Of a stretch of DNA of 64,000 nt, positions 27,300 through 37,836 are shown one piece after another. The notes below the pieces were generated by a model that ran no database searches, had not been told where the DNA came from, and saw only the letters and a program-made list of their open reading frames with translations. Within the stretch, counting starts at the first letter, position 1. The number at the start of each line of letters is the position of its first letter. Origin of the DNA: a bacterium (GTDB lineage Bacteria > UBP6 > UBA1177 > G963667425); assembly GCA_963667425.1 (NCBI GenBank), contig OY763407.1:2201464-2265463 (forward strand), written 5' to 3'. The position numbers and the translations under genes are program-made.

Positions 27300-28637
27300 A
27301 TGTGGAATAAAATTCTTGAAGAATTGAAAAATATTGAAGGTTCTAAATTTGTTGATGCCTTTTTAGGTGATCACATAAAACCTTTAAATGAATCTGAAAA
27401 CAGAATCGTTTTATCTACTCCAAGTCAACAGGTAATAGATTCTATTAAAAGTTTCGATATAATAGATAAAATTATTAAAATAGCAAATGATATTAATGGA
27501 TCAGATAATTTTACGCTAGATTTTGTTGTTACTGATTCACAGGAATCATTTGATTTTTCATCGGATGAGCCAGTTACAAAAAATAATAAATCTGATAAAA
27601 AAGATGATTCTAAATATTCAAGACTTATAAAAGATTATACTTTTGAAAATTTTGTTTCAGGTCCTTCAAATGAAATGGCTTTTAAAGCTATTAAAAGTGC
27701 TCATGTAGACAATAACAAAAAATATAATCCGATTCTTGTTTATGGTGATTCAGGACTTGGAAAAACACATATTATTCAGGCTGCAGGACATTATTTTAAA
27801 AGTAAAAAGAAAAAAGTATGCTATTTTTCATGCCAGCAATTTTTAAATGATTATGTAAAAGCTATTCAAAATTCTAAAATAGAAGAATTTAAAGAAAGCT
27901 TTTTAGAATATGATTTACTGCTTGTAGATGATATTCAGTTTTTATCTAAAAGAGCATCAACTCAGAATGAATTTTTTTACATATTTAATGAATATCTTAC
28001 AGCACAAAAACAAGTAATAATAACTTCAGATTGTTATCCTAGCGAAATAAGAGATATAGATAACAGGCTTATAACAAGATTTTTATGGGGTGCAAATTTT
28101 GAAATAACACCGCCTGAATTTGAAACCAGACTTGCTATTGTAAGAAAAAAATGTGACATATATAAATTTGATATTGATGAAGATGTAATGATATTTATAG
28201 CTTCAAATATAAAAAGCAACGTAAGGGAAATAGAAGGAGCATTAAAAACTCTTCATATAACAGCAGGTCTTGTTGATAAAAAAATAGATATAGATTTTGC
28301 AAAAAAATCATTAAAAAGAATGTTATCAAGCACCATACAGAACATCACTGTAAAAGATATAATAAATCTTACAGCATCATATCTTAATGTTAAGCCTCTG
28401 GATATAAAATCAACAAAAAGAACTAAACAAATATCTGCAGCAAGGCATATAGCTATATATCTTTCAAAGCAGTATACAGATGAAACATTAAAAGATATTG
28501 GAAATGAATTTTCAGGAAGAAACCACACTACAGTGCTTGCTTCAGTTAATAAAATAGAATCTGATATGACAAAAGATAAGAATCTGAAAAAAATGATAGA
28601 TAATTTAGAGATACTTATTAAAGAAAGAAAAATATGA
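27300..28637 (+). CDS. dnaA: Chromosomal replication initiator DnaA
   Basis: YTFENFV, YNP...YGDSGLGKTH, LLVDDIQF, NVREIEG, IG.EF.GRNHTTV. Confidence 0.98.
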   Translation: MWNKILEELKNIEGSKFVDAFLGDHIKPLNESENRIVLSTPSQQVIDSIKSFDIIDKIIKIANDINGSDNFTLDFVVTDSQESFDFSSDEPVTKNNKSDKKDDSKYSRLIKDYTFENFVSGPSNEMAFKAIKSAHVDNNKKYNPILVYGDSGLGKTHIIQAAGHYFKSKKKKVCYFSCQQFLNDYVKAIQNSKIEEFKESFLEYDLLLVDDIQFLSKRASTQNEFFYIFNEYLTAQKQVIITSDCYPSEIRDIDNRLITRFLWGANFEITPPEFETRLAIVRKKCDIYKFDIDEDVMIFIASNIKSNVREIEGALKTLHITAGLVDKKIDIDFAKKSLKRMLSSTIQNITVKDIINLTASYLNVKPLDIKSTKRTKQISAARHIAIYLSKQYTDETLKDIGNEFSGRNHTTVLASVNKIESDMTKDKNLKKMIDNLEILIKERKI

Positions 28638-28831
28638 ACAATTGTTTAAAAGAACCGTGTCAAAAAAATGTTGATAAAAATATGAACATAAAAATCAACA
28701 ATGAATTAACATTAAAAAATTACCTATATATAATAAAAAACTTAACTTTAAACACTTTTAAACATATAAACACGAGTAATAATTATAAATATATAAATAT
28801 AAACTAATATAATTATAAAACAGGAGTAACT
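28638..28831. other. Putative replication origin (oriC)
   Basis: dnaA-dnaN gap with TGTTGATAA (one mismatch), three tandem degenerate boxes ending TAAACA, then a TAA-rich AT tract; nearby parS; apparent C-to-G skew change judged by eye. Confidence 0.6.
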
Positions 28832-29968
28832 ATGATCAATTTAGTTTTTAACAGATCTGATTTTATCAAAAGCCTTGAACATTGTATGAGCTCTATAGAT
28901 AAAAAAAGTACTATGCCTATACTTTCAAATGTTCTGATAAATATAGAGGGAGATAATTGTAACATTATTTCAACCAATTTAGAAACATCTGTAATATCAT
29001 ATATAACTCCTGTATCTTCCAATGGAACAGGAAAAATAGCAGTTCCTGCAAAATATATTTATGATTCCTGTAAAATAGTAACTACCGGAGATACAATCAC
29101 TTTCTCATATGATCAGAATAATATGCTTTTAAATATGACTTCAGGTAGGACAAATTATAATATACCATGCTGTGATGCTTCTGATTTTCCTATAATAAAT
29201 GTTGAAGATGAAGATAGGAAAGATATAAATATATCCAAAATAATATCAGGATATAAAAAAATTCAGTTTTCAATGTCAGATGCAAATATAAATAAATCAT
29301 ATTCAGGTATTCTTATAAAAAGATTTGAAGATAATTCAATAGAAATGGTTTCTACGGATATTCATAGAATATCTGTTTTATCACTAAAAGATACTTTTAT
29401 AGATATAGAAGATCTTGATGAAGGAATAGTCATCAGTGGCCGAAATTTTGCCGAGATAGCAAAAATATTTTCTGCGAGTGAGAATGTTAAGGTTTCTATA
29501 AAAGATGGTAAAATGACGCTAAAGAACGATGATGTAATTTTTATATCAAGGCTTATGAAAAATGAATTTCCTAATTACAAAGCTGTAACAGGAAATGAAT
29601 CTGTATATGATGATAAGGAAAAAGCAGTTATAGATAGAAAAGAACTTATAGACGGAGTAAAAAGAGTTATAGTTTTAAGCTCAGAAGAAAAAATATGGGG
29701 AACAAAATTTGAATTTAAAGGTAACCTTCTTTCAATGAATTCAAATTCAAAATTTGGTGGAAGTTCCAAAGATGAAATAGTAATAGATGAGCCATTTACA
29801 GAAAATAAGATGATAGGTATAAATGCCCGTTATCTTCTTGATGTTTTATCTTCAATAAATGAAGAAAAAGTTAAAATGATAGTTGAAGAACAGCTTAAAC
29901 CAATGACTATTATTGAAAAAAATAATGATTTTTTCTACATACATATGGTTATGCCTCTTAAAATATGA
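28832..29968 (+). CDS. dnaN: DNA polymerase III beta clamp
   Basis: MPILSNVLI, STNLE, STDIHR, FPNY, NARYLLD, VMPL. Confidence 0.96.
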   Translation: MINLVFNRSDFIKSLEHCMSSIDKKSTMPILSNVLINIEGDNCNIISTNLETSVISYITPVSSNGTGKIAVPAKYIYDSCKIVTTGDTITFSYDQNNMLLNMTSGRTNYNIPCCDASDFPIINVEDEDRKDINISKIISGYKKIQFSMSDANINKSYSGILIKRFEDNSIEMVSTDIHRISVLSLKDTFIDIEDLDEGIVISGRNFAEIAKIFSASENVKVSIKDGKMTLKNDDVIFISRLMKNEFPNYKAVTGNESVYDDKEKAVIDRKELIDGVKRVIVLSSEEKIWGTKFEFKGNLLSMNSNSKFGGSSKDEIVIDEPFTENKMIGINARYLLDVLSSINEEKVKMIVEEQLKPMTIIEKNNDFFYIHMVMPLKI

Positions 29969-30990
29969 AAATTATTTCAACTGAAATAAGAAATATCAGA
30001 AATATTGAACATTTAAAAATAGATCTTAATAATAAAACTCTTATTTATGGAAAAAATGGATCAGGGAAAACTTCTATTCTTGAATCATTATATTTATCTA
30101 TTACAGGAAAGAGTTTTAGAACTTCAAATATAAGTGATTCTATTAAAACAGGTGAAAAATATTCATTTATAGAATCTGTAGTTGAAGATATTGATAATTA
30201 TGAAAGAACATTATCTTTTGGTTTTAATAGAAATGATAAGGTATATAAAATAGATGGAGAACATGTTAAAAGGAGAGAACTTATTTCAATAATTCCATCT
30301 GTAGTATTTACACCTGACACTCTTGATATTATAAAGGGTGGTCCGTCATTAAGAAGAAATTTTTTAGATAGAATAGCATTTATTATAGATAAAAATTACT
30401 ATTATACATATGTGTATTATAAAAAATATTTAAAAAACAAACAAAAACTGATTTATGATAAAAACAGACATATGATAAATATTCTAAATAAATCAGTGTA
30501 TGAACATATTGAAAAAATTAGAAATATAAGAAAATCTATAATAGAAAATTTAAATAAAATAATAAATGAAATTTCTGAAGAATTGAATTTTAATTATAAT
30601 GTAGAATTTAGTTTTAATTATAAAAATAATAATATTATTAATGATTTGGATTCTATTTTGGATAAAGAAATTTACTATGGAAAAGTAATTTATGGTCCTC
30701 ATATTGATAATATAAATGTTAAAATAAATAGTAGAAAATCATACAATGCTTCAATGGGTGAACTTTATTTTTTATCATTTTTATTAAAAGTATCTGAACT
30801 TAGTTTTTATACAAAGTATAATATTTTTCCTGTTTTTATATGTGATGATGTTTTTAATTTTTTAGACAAAGATAATAGTGGTAGAGTTATTGATATAATA
30901 AACAAGATAAAAAATCAGATAATAATAACATCTCCACATAATATTGATAATAATAATATAAATAATATTTCAATAAATAAAATTTTATAA
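29965..30990 (+). CDS. recF: DNA replication/repair protein RecF (divergent)
   Basis: GKNGSGKTSILE, GKSFRT, GGPSLRRNFLD, GPH, DDV..LD; follows dnaN. Confidence 0.9.
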   Translation: MKIISTEIRNIRNIEHLKIDLNNKTLIYGKNGSGKTSILESLYLSITGKSFRTSNISDSIKTGEKYSFIESVVEDIDNYERTLSFGFNRNDKVYKIDGEHVKRRELISIIPSVVFTPDTLDIIKGGPSLRRNFLDRIAFIIDKNYYYTYVYYKKYLKNKQKLIYDKNRHMINILNKSVYEHIEKIRNIRKSIIENLNKIINEISEELNFNYNVEFSFNYKNNNIINDLDSILDKEIYYGKVIYGPHIDNINVKINSRKSYNASMGELYFLSFLLKVSELSFYTKYNIFPVFICDDVFNFLDKDNSGRVIDIINKIKNQIIITSPHNIDNNNINNISINKIL

Positions 30991-31118
30991 TACATAATGG
31001 TATATGATGATTTGTAAAAAATATTTTAAGTTATAATTAATAATAATATTTTACAATTTTTATATGTATTTTAAGTTATTATTTTATATTTAATTAAAAA
31101 AATATAAAAAAAATTTTT

Positions 31119-31146
31119 TTGACAATTGAAAACCCGTTAATATACT
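31119..31146 (+). promoter_or_regulatory. Putative sigma70 promoter
   Basis: TTGACA-16 nt-TATACT. Confidence 0.55.
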
Positions 31147-31185
31147 CATATATGATATCTATTTTTTCTAAAAAAAGGGGGTTTT

Positions 31186-31785
31186 ATGGTTGTTTACGAT
31201 ATTACAGACATAAAAGATTCTTATTCATTTTTTATGGATAAGGTTAAACCTTATTATGCTAGTTATCCCAGCTACATACAGTGTAAAATAGACGAATTAA
31301 AGATAAGGTACGATAAACTTGCCAGTGTTGTAAAAAACATAGAGAGTAAAGTTGTTAATGTTAAATCTTCTGTTTCAGATAAGAAAATATGGGCAGTTGA
31401 TGTAAATACTGAAGTTGAAAAAATATATTCAATAATATCGGTAAGATATAGTGCTGAAGATAAGAAAAAAATATTTAAGTGCTATATTCCTGGTAGAACT
31501 TCAAATGTTTCAATACTTGTAAAACTTATGGAAAGGATAAAAGATTATTCTTTGGAAGATAAATATTCTGATATAACTAATTTTAAGCCTGTATTAGATT
31601 CTTTAATATCAAGAGGAAGAGAATTTTTGGATATTGAAGAATATGAAAATAATTCTTCTCCTAAGAAAAAAGTTGTTATAGCTAGACGATCTTGGGAAAG
31701 TCAGTTTAAAAAAGTCAAATATGTAATGAAAGCTGAATATTATGAAAATAAAGATTTAGACTGGAAATATTTTTTTAATGAGTAA
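31186..31785 (+). CDS. Hypothetical protein
   Basis: 199-aa ORF with AGGGGG RBS and its own putative promoter. Confidence 0.72.
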   Translation: MVVYDITDIKDSYSFFMDKVKPYYASYPSYIQCKIDELKIRYDKLASVVKNIESKVVNVKSSVSDKKIWAVDVNTEVEKIYSIISVRYSAEDKKKIFKCYIPGRTSNVSILVKLMERIKDYSLEDKYSDITNFKPVLDSLISRGREFLDIEEYENNSSPKKKVVIARRSWESQFKKVKYVMKAEYYENKDLDWKYFFNE

Positions 31786-32596
31786 TTTCTTTTTTATTAT
31801 CAGGATAAAATATTAAAATAATCCCAATAATCATAGAAAATACAGATATTATTTGAGATGTAGATAAGAAATTATCAAAAAACAATCCTCTACTGTCATT
31901 TCTGAAAAATTCTATTGTAAATCTAAATATGGCATAAAGAAAAAGCCATAAACCTAAAGGAGTTCCATTTTTTTTATATTTTTTTCTTACAAAGAAATAT
32001 AAAAATATAAAAATAATAAAATTAAAAATTACAGAATAAATCTGAGTTGGAATTACAGGAAATGGTGTATCTGAAATAGAGTTTATAATATTATTATTAA
32101 ATTGTTCTCTTGCTGCATCACTGTATGATGGAAATACAACAGATAATACTGAGTTTGATATTTTTCCAAAACAACATCCATTTAAAAAACAACCTATTCT
32201 TCCAATTGATATTCCAAGTGCTGCAGAATATGACATTGCATCAAGATACTTTATTACAGGTTCTTTTTTTATTGATAAATATATTATTGCTGAAAAAAAT
32301 GATAGTATAACACCTCCGTAAAAAGCAAGACCACCTTTCCATATATAAAGCATGGCTATTGGTTTTTGAAGATATATATCAAAAAATCCGTCAAATATTA
32401 TATGCTGTATTCTTGCTCCTATAAGACCGCCAATTACAGAAATTAAAAACAGATCAAAAATAACTTTTTTATTTTTAAGTCCTATTCTATTTGCTTCTCT
32501 AAGAAATATAAAAAAACCTACTATCATGGCTAAGGCTACCATAACATTAAAGCTTGAAATAGTTATATTTCCTAATCTTATCATTACAGGATACAT
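31775..32596 (-). CDS. lgt: Prolipoprotein diacylglyceryl transferase
   Basis: IGAR, GGLAFYGG, IGRIGCFLNGCCFG, PTQIY, RFTIEFFR, STSQIIS. Confidence 0.94.
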   Translation of the reverse strand: MYPVMIRLGNITISSFNVMVALAMIVGFFIFLREANRIGLKNKKVIFDLFLISVIGGLIGARIQHIIFDGFFDIYLQKPIAMLYIWKGGLAFYGGVILSFFSAIIYLSIKKEPVIKYLDAMSYSAALGISIGRIGCFLNGCCFGKISNSVLSVVFPSYSDAAREQFNNNIINSISDTPFPVIPTQIYSVIFNFIIFIFLYFFVRKKYKKNGTPLGLWLFLYAIFRFTIEFFRNDSRGLFFDNFLSTSQIISVFSMIIGIILIFYPDNKKEITH

Positions 32597-32733
32597 ATTT
32601 ACCTCTAAAAAATAAATAAAAGTGATTTTATCAGAAAATAATGTTTTTACAACTATAAGAATATTTAAGTTGATTTAAATATCCTTGTTTTATAAGATGT
32701 GAAGGTTTTGGTTTTTTGTTTATGGAGTTTTTT

Positions 32734-33168
32734 ATGATAATTTCTATAGCCTCAGACCATGGTGGTTATTTATTAAAAGAACATATAAAAGTTTATCTCG
32801 AGAAAAAAGGAATAAGTTTTATAGATAATGGAACAAATTCTCAGAAATCTGTTGATTATCCTGTTTATGCAAAAAAAGTTGCTCTTGATATTCTTGAAAA
32901 GAGAGCAGATAGAGGAATTCTTGTCTGTGGGACAGGAATAGGCATTTCTATAGTTGCCAATAGGTTTAAAGGAATAAGATGCGCTTTAGTTCACTCGGTG
33001 GAATACACTAAGCTATGTAGAGAACATAATGATGCTAATATTATAGCTTTAGGCGGTAGATTCACAACATTAACAGAATCTGAAAAAATAATTGATGCAT
33101 TTATTGAAACAACTTTTGCCGAGGGAAGACATAAAAACAGAGTTTTTCAAATGGATGAAGATTCTTAA
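32734..33168 (+). CDS. rpiB: Ribose 5-phosphate isomerase B
   Basis: SDHGG, SVDYP, CGTGIG, EHNDAN, GRHKNR. Confidence 0.96.
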   Translation: MIISIASDHGGYLLKEHIKVYLEKKGISFIDNGTNSQKSVDYPVYAKKVALDILEKRADRGILVCGTGIGISIVANRFKGIRCALVHSVEYTKLCREHNDANIIALGGRFTTLTESEKIIDAFIETTFAEGRHKNRVFQMDEDS

Positions 33169-33212
33169 TATATTTATATATAATAGTTTTTTACAAATAA
33201 GCTCACTAAAAA

Positions 33213-33241
33213 TTGACTATATTTTTTTGTTTGTTTAGAAT
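33213..33241 (+). promoter_or_regulatory. Putative promoter of the V-type ATPase operon
   Basis: TTGACT-17 nt-TAGAAT. Confidence 0.55.
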
Positions 33242-33284
33242 CTTTGACGTTAGTGTTTTTATAAATAAAAATAGGAGAAATTAG

Positions 33285-33908
33285 ATGACATCTTTAAATT
33301 CTGAAGAAAAAATTCGTGATATTTCTCAGTACTTAAGAAAAAATATTCTTGATGTTGCTGAAGATGAAAAAAAGAAAATAATTGATGAAGCTGAGACAGA
33401 AAAAAAGAGAATTATTGAAGATGCTGAAAAAAAGGCTTCTGAAATATTAAAATCTGCTCATGAACAGGCTGAACAGGAAAAAAGAAATTCTGAATCTGCA
33501 ATAAAAATTGCTGCAAAACAGGCAGTGGGAATTCTTAAACAGAATCTTGAAAAAGAAGTTCTTAAAAAGGTTATTGATAAACCTGTTAAGGAAATTAATG
33601 GAAATAATGATGTAATGAAAGAACTTTTAAAAGAAGTTCTTAATATATATCTTACTAAAGAAACTTCAGGTGCATCTGAACTTGTTGTTTCTGATAAAAT
33701 AAAAAAAGATCTTTCGGATTTTATAAAATCTGAAATAATTGCTATGTCTAATAATAAAATGACGCTTTCGGAAGAAACAATTCCTGAAGGATTTGCTGTT
33801 ACTATAAAAGAAAATGGATTAATGTTTGATTTTTCTTCATCAGCACTTATTGAACTTATTTCAAATTATGTAAGACCGGAAGTAAGAAACTATTTATTTG
33901 AAAAATAA
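33285..33908 (+). CDS. atpE: V-type ATP synthase subunit E
   Basis: Coiled coil IIDEAE..K.RII.DAE; C-terminal GF...DFS...L...VRP; first gene of the operon. Confidence 0.82.
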   Translation: MTSLNSEEKIRDISQYLRKNILDVAEDEKKKIIDEAETEKKRIIEDAEKKASEILKSAHEQAEQEKRNSESAIKIAAKQAVGILKQNLEKEVLKKVIDKPVKEINGNNDVMKELLKEVLNIYLTKETSGASELVVSDKIKKDLSDFIKSEIIAMSNNKMTLSEETIPEGFAVTIKENGLMFDFSSSALIELISNYVRPEVRNYLFEK

Positions 33909-33920
33909 AAGGAGTTTTTA

Positions 33921-34739
33921 ATGAAGCTTAATTATTACGCAATAGCTTCTTTTTCCGAAATGACATGGGATAGCGAACTTCCTACAACTACGGCTGAATT
34001 TATTGATGATTTGTCTGTTCTTTTTGAACCTTTTCAGGAAGGCATAAATAAAATACTTCTTCTTAATGATATAAAAAATATAGAACTATTATTAAGAACA
34101 AAAGTTGATATTCCTGAGGATGTGAGAGGTAACAGAGGTGATGACATAGATTATTTCAGGGCTAGAATTCTTGATGCAGATGAGTTGGAACTTTTTTTAC
34201 AGAATCATTATCTGTATGGAGATAAATACCCTTCATTTATTCATGACTTTTTTGAGAGTAATCAGACAAATGAAGATAGATTTAAAAATATAGAAGATCT
34301 ATATCTTATGTATTTCAAATACCTGAGAAGCGATGAAGAAGGTTTTTTCAGATATTATGGAACAACAGAACTTATTATAAGAACGGTGTATTCTGCACTA
34401 AGACTTATAAGAGCGGGAAAGGAACTTGAACCACATCTTAAAGGTGATGAAGAGATAGTTAAAACTATTCTTGAACATAGATCAAGTACAGATCTGGGGC
34501 TTAAAAACATATTTCCTGAAGTTCAGGATATAATTTCAATTTTTGATAAAAATCCTATGGATCTTGAACATCAGATGGACAAAATAAGGTTTACATTGAT
34601 GGATAATATAGGCAAGGAATCTCCTTTTGGAGATCATGTTATATATGCTTATATAGTTGGTTTTCAGCTTAAAAACAGGTGGAATACACTTGATTCTGAG
34701 CTTGGAAGTAAAATTCTTAAAAAAGTAATTGAAGGATAA
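33921..34739 (+). CDS. DUF2764-like V-type ATPase-associated protein (subunit C position)
   Basis: Lies between subunits E and A; N-terminal YY, C-terminal RW..LD...G motif. Confidence 0.72.
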   Translation: MKLNYYAIASFSEMTWDSELPTTTAEFIDDLSVLFEPFQEGINKILLLNDIKNIELLLRTKVDIPEDVRGNRGDDIDYFRARILDADELELFLQNHYLYGDKYPSFIHDFFESNQTNEDRFKNIEDLYLMYFKYLRSDEEGFFRYYGTTELIIRTVYSALRLIRAGKELEPHLKGDEEIVKTILEHRSSTDLGLKNIFPEVQDIISIFDKNPMDLEHQMDKIRFTLMDNIGKESPFGDHVIYAYIVGFQLKNRWNTLDSELGSKILKKVIEG

Positions 34740-34757
34740 TATCAGCAGGAGAAAGGA

Positions 34758-36518
34758 ATGAGCATTAATTCTGAAATTGCAACCGGGAAGGTTGTTGCTG
34801 CTCAGGGAAATCTAATGACCGTTCAGTTTGAAGGTATCATCAGACAGAACGAGCTGGTTTACATTAACACCAGAGGCAAAAAGTTAAAAGGCGAAGTTAT
34901 TGAAATTGATGGAAATGAAGCTAAAGTTCAGGTTTTTGAACCTACAAAAGGTATTACTCTTGGTGATACAGTTGAATTTGATAAGGAACTTCTTTCCGTT
35001 GAACTTGGACCTGGATTGTTAAAATCCGTTTATGATGGTTTGCAGAATCCTCTTGAAGAAGTTGCTAAAGAAAAAGGTTACTTTCTTCCTGTGGGTTTTT
35101 ACATGCTTCCTTTGGATAGAAAGATCAAATGGAAATTTACACCCTCGGTTAAAGTTGGTGATGTTGTTGAAAGAGCTGACTATCTTGGTCATGTTCCTGA
35201 AGCAAATATAGAACATAAAATAATGGTTCCTTTTCAGTTTATAGGAAAAGGAAAAATTGTAAAAATTGCATCCGAAGGTGAGTATACTGTTGCAGATGAA
35301 ATAGCTGTTATAGAAGATGAAAATGGAAAAAGTCATTCTGTAAATATGATTCAGAAGTGGCCTGCTAAATTTCCTCTTAGATTTGGAAAAAGAATTCTTC
35401 CTACAGAACAACTTGTTACAGCATGTCGTATTATTGATGGTTCTTTTCCTGTTGCAAGAGGTGGAACGTTCTGTACTCCAGGACCTTTTGGTGCAGGCAA
35501 GACCGTTTTGCAGCATCAGATATCTAAATATGCAAGAATTCAGATAGTTCTTGTTGTTGCATGTGGTGAAAGAGCTGGAGAGGTTGTTGAAATTCTTAGA
35601 GAATTTCCAGAATTAGATGATCCAACAACAGGAAAGAAGCTTATGGATAGAACTTGTATTATATGCAATACATCTTCAATGCCTGTTGCTGCTCGTGAAA
35701 GTTCTGTATATGTTGGAACAGTTATGGCAGAATATTACAGACAAATGGGTCTTGATGTTCTCCTTCTTGCAGATTCAACATCAAGATGGGCTCAAGCTCT
35801 GAGAGAAATGAGTGGAAGACTTGAAGAGATTCCTGGTGAAGAGGCTTTCCCTGCATATCTTTCTTCAAGAATTGCAGAATTTTATGAAAGAGCAGGAGTT
35901 GTTAAGCTTAAAAATGGAGAAACAGGTTCTCTTACAATCGGTGGCAGTGTTTCACCTGCTGGTGGAAACTTTGAAGAGCCTGTTACACAGTCGACACTTG
36001 CAGTTGTAGGATGTTTTCTTGGTCTCAGTAGAGCAAGATCCGATGCAAGAAGATTTCCATCTGTAGATCCTCTTATTTCATGGTCAAAATATGGTGACAG
36101 ATTTATTGAAACAGGCGATGAAGATACTAAAAAAATGATGAAGGTTATTAAAAAAGCTCAAAAAGTCATTTTTGAATCGGATGAAATAGGGAAAAAAATG
36201 TCTGTTGTCGGCGAGGAAGGTATCAGTATTTCTGACATCGTAGTTTTTCTTAAAGGTGAATTTTATGATGCTGTTTATCTTCAGCAGAATGCTTTTGATA
36301 AAGTTGATACAGCTACAGGCATAAAGAGACAGGTTGAACAGCTTGAAATAGTAGATTCTGTTCTTGATAAAAATTTTAAATTTGACACCCGTGACAATGC
36401 AAGAAGTTTCTTCCTTTCGCTTCAGGATAAATGTATACAGTGGAATTATACCGCACTGAATGATCCTATGTATAATGAGAAGAAAAGTGCCATAATACAA
36501 ACAATAGAGGGTGCATAA
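34758..36518 (+). CDS. atpA: V-type ATP synthase subunit A
   Basis: [54 protein letters not shown]. Confidence 0.97.
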   Translation: MSINSEIATGKVVAAQGNLMTVQFEGIIRQNELVYINTRGKKLKGEVIEIDGNEAKVQVFEPTKGITLGDTVEFDKELLSVELGPGLLKSVYDGLQNPLEEVAKEKGYFLPVGFYMLPLDRKIKWKFTPSVKVGDVVERADYLGHVPEANIEHKIMVPFQFIGKGKIVKIASEGEYTVADEIAVIEDENGKSHSVNMIQKWPAKFPLRFGKRILPTEQLVTACRIIDGSFPVARGGTFCTPGPFGAGKTVLQHQISKYARIQIVLVVACGERAGEVVEILREFPELDDPTTGKKLMDRTCIICNTSSMPVAARESSVYVGTVMAEYYRQMGLDVLLLADSTSRWAQALREMSGRLEEIPGEEAFPAYLSSRIAEFYERAGVVKLKNGETGSLTIGGSVSPAGGNFEEPVTQSTLAVVGCFLGLSRARSDARRFPSVDPLISWSKYGDRFIETGDEDTKKMMKVIKKAQKVIFESDEIGKKMSVVGEEGISISDIVVFLKGEFYDAVYLQQNAFDKVDTATGIKRQVEQLEIVDSVLDKNFKFDTRDNARSFFLSLQDKCIQWNYTALNDPMYNEKKSAIIQTIEGA

Positions 36519-36519
36519 G

Positions 36520-37824
36520 ATGGTCAGAACATATAATAAAATAGAAAAAATCAAAGGAAGTATTGCTCAGGTAAAAGCTGATGGAGTAATGCTTGGAGAA
36601 CTTGCTGCTGTAAAAATGAGAGACGGAAGAGCTACTTTGGCAGAAGTTATAGGTTTTGATAGAGAAAGTGTAAATCTTCAGATATATAGTGGAACAAAAG
36701 GTGTAAGTACTGGAGATCAGGTAAGATTCCTTTCAAAACCAATGCAGGTTTCTTATGGTGATACAATGCTTGGCAGAGTTTTCAATGGTTCAGGAGAACC
36801 TATTGATGATGGTCCTGAAATGATGGAAGACAAAGTGGAAATAGGAGGAACATCTTTTAACCCTGCAAAAAGAATTGTTCCTAAAAGATTTGTTAAAACA
36901 AACATACCAATGATTGATATGTTTAATTCTCTAGTTATAAGTCAAAAAATACCTATATTTTCCATTCCTGGAGAGCCATACAATGAGCTTCTTGCAAGAA
37001 TAGCAAGTCAGACAGATGCTGATGTTATTATTCTTGGAGGTATGGGACTTAAATTTGATGACTATCAGTTTTTTTATGACTACTTTTCAAAAACAGGAGC
37101 TATTGAAAAAACTTCAATGTTTATTCATTTGGCATCAGATCCAGTTGTTGAATGTGTTCTTGTTCCGGATATGGCTCTTGCTGCTGCTGAACAGTTTGCA
37201 GTACAGAATAAGAACGTTCTGGTTCTCCTTACAGATATGACATCTTTTTCAGATGCTCTGAAAGAAATAGCAATTTCTATGGAAATGGTTCCTTCTAACA
37301 GAGGTTATCCGGGTTCTCTTTATTCAGATCTTGCTGCAAGATATGAAAAAGCTGTTGATATTGCAGAAAGTGGCTCAATTACAATTATTGCTGTTACTAC
37401 AATGCCTGGCGATGACGTTACACATCCTGTTCCTGACAACACTGGATATATTACAGAAGGTCAGTTCTATCTTCATAATGGAGTTATAGATCCTTTTGGT
37501 AGTCTTTCCAGATTGAAACAGCAGGTTATGGGTAAGGTTACAAGAGAAGAACATGGTGATCTTGCAAATGCGATGATCAGGCTTTATGCTGATGCTAAAA
37601 AGGCTAGAGACAGAGAGTCAATGGGTTTCAGACTTAGTAAATGGGATAATAAACTTCTTAAATATGCGGAACAGTTTGAAACCAGAATGATGGATCTTAA
37701 TGTAAACCTTGATATAGAAGAACAGCTTAATCTTGGTTGGCAGATTCTTGCCGAATGTTTTGAAAAGAATGAAACAGGTCTTAAAAGCACATGGATAGAA
37801 AAATATGGAAAGTGGGACAAATAG
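36520..37824 (+). CDS. atpB: V-type ATP synthase subunit B
   Basis: [45 protein letters not shown]; ATG at 36520 follows GAGGG. Confidence 0.97.
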   Translation: MVRTYNKIEKIKGSIAQVKADGVMLGELAAVKMRDGRATLAEVIGFDRESVNLQIYSGTKGVSTGDQVRFLSKPMQVSYGDTMLGRVFNGSGEPIDDGPEMMEDKVEIGGTSFNPAKRIVPKRFVKTNIPMIDMFNSLVISQKIPIFSIPGEPYNELLARIASQTDADVIILGGMGLKFDDYQFFYDYFSKTGAIEKTSMFIHLASDPVVECVLVPDMALAAAEQFAVQNKNVLVLLTDMTSFSDALKEIAISMEMVPSNRGYPGSLYSDLAARYEKAVDIAESGSITIIAVTTMPGDDVTHPVPDNTGYITEGQFYLHNGVIDPFGSLSRLKQQVMGKVTREEHGDLANAMIRLYADAKKARDRESMGFRLSKWDNKLLKYAEQFETRMMDLNVNLDIEEQLNLGWQILAECFEKNETGLKSTWIEKYGKWDK

Positions 37825-37836
37825 CCGGAGGTTACA

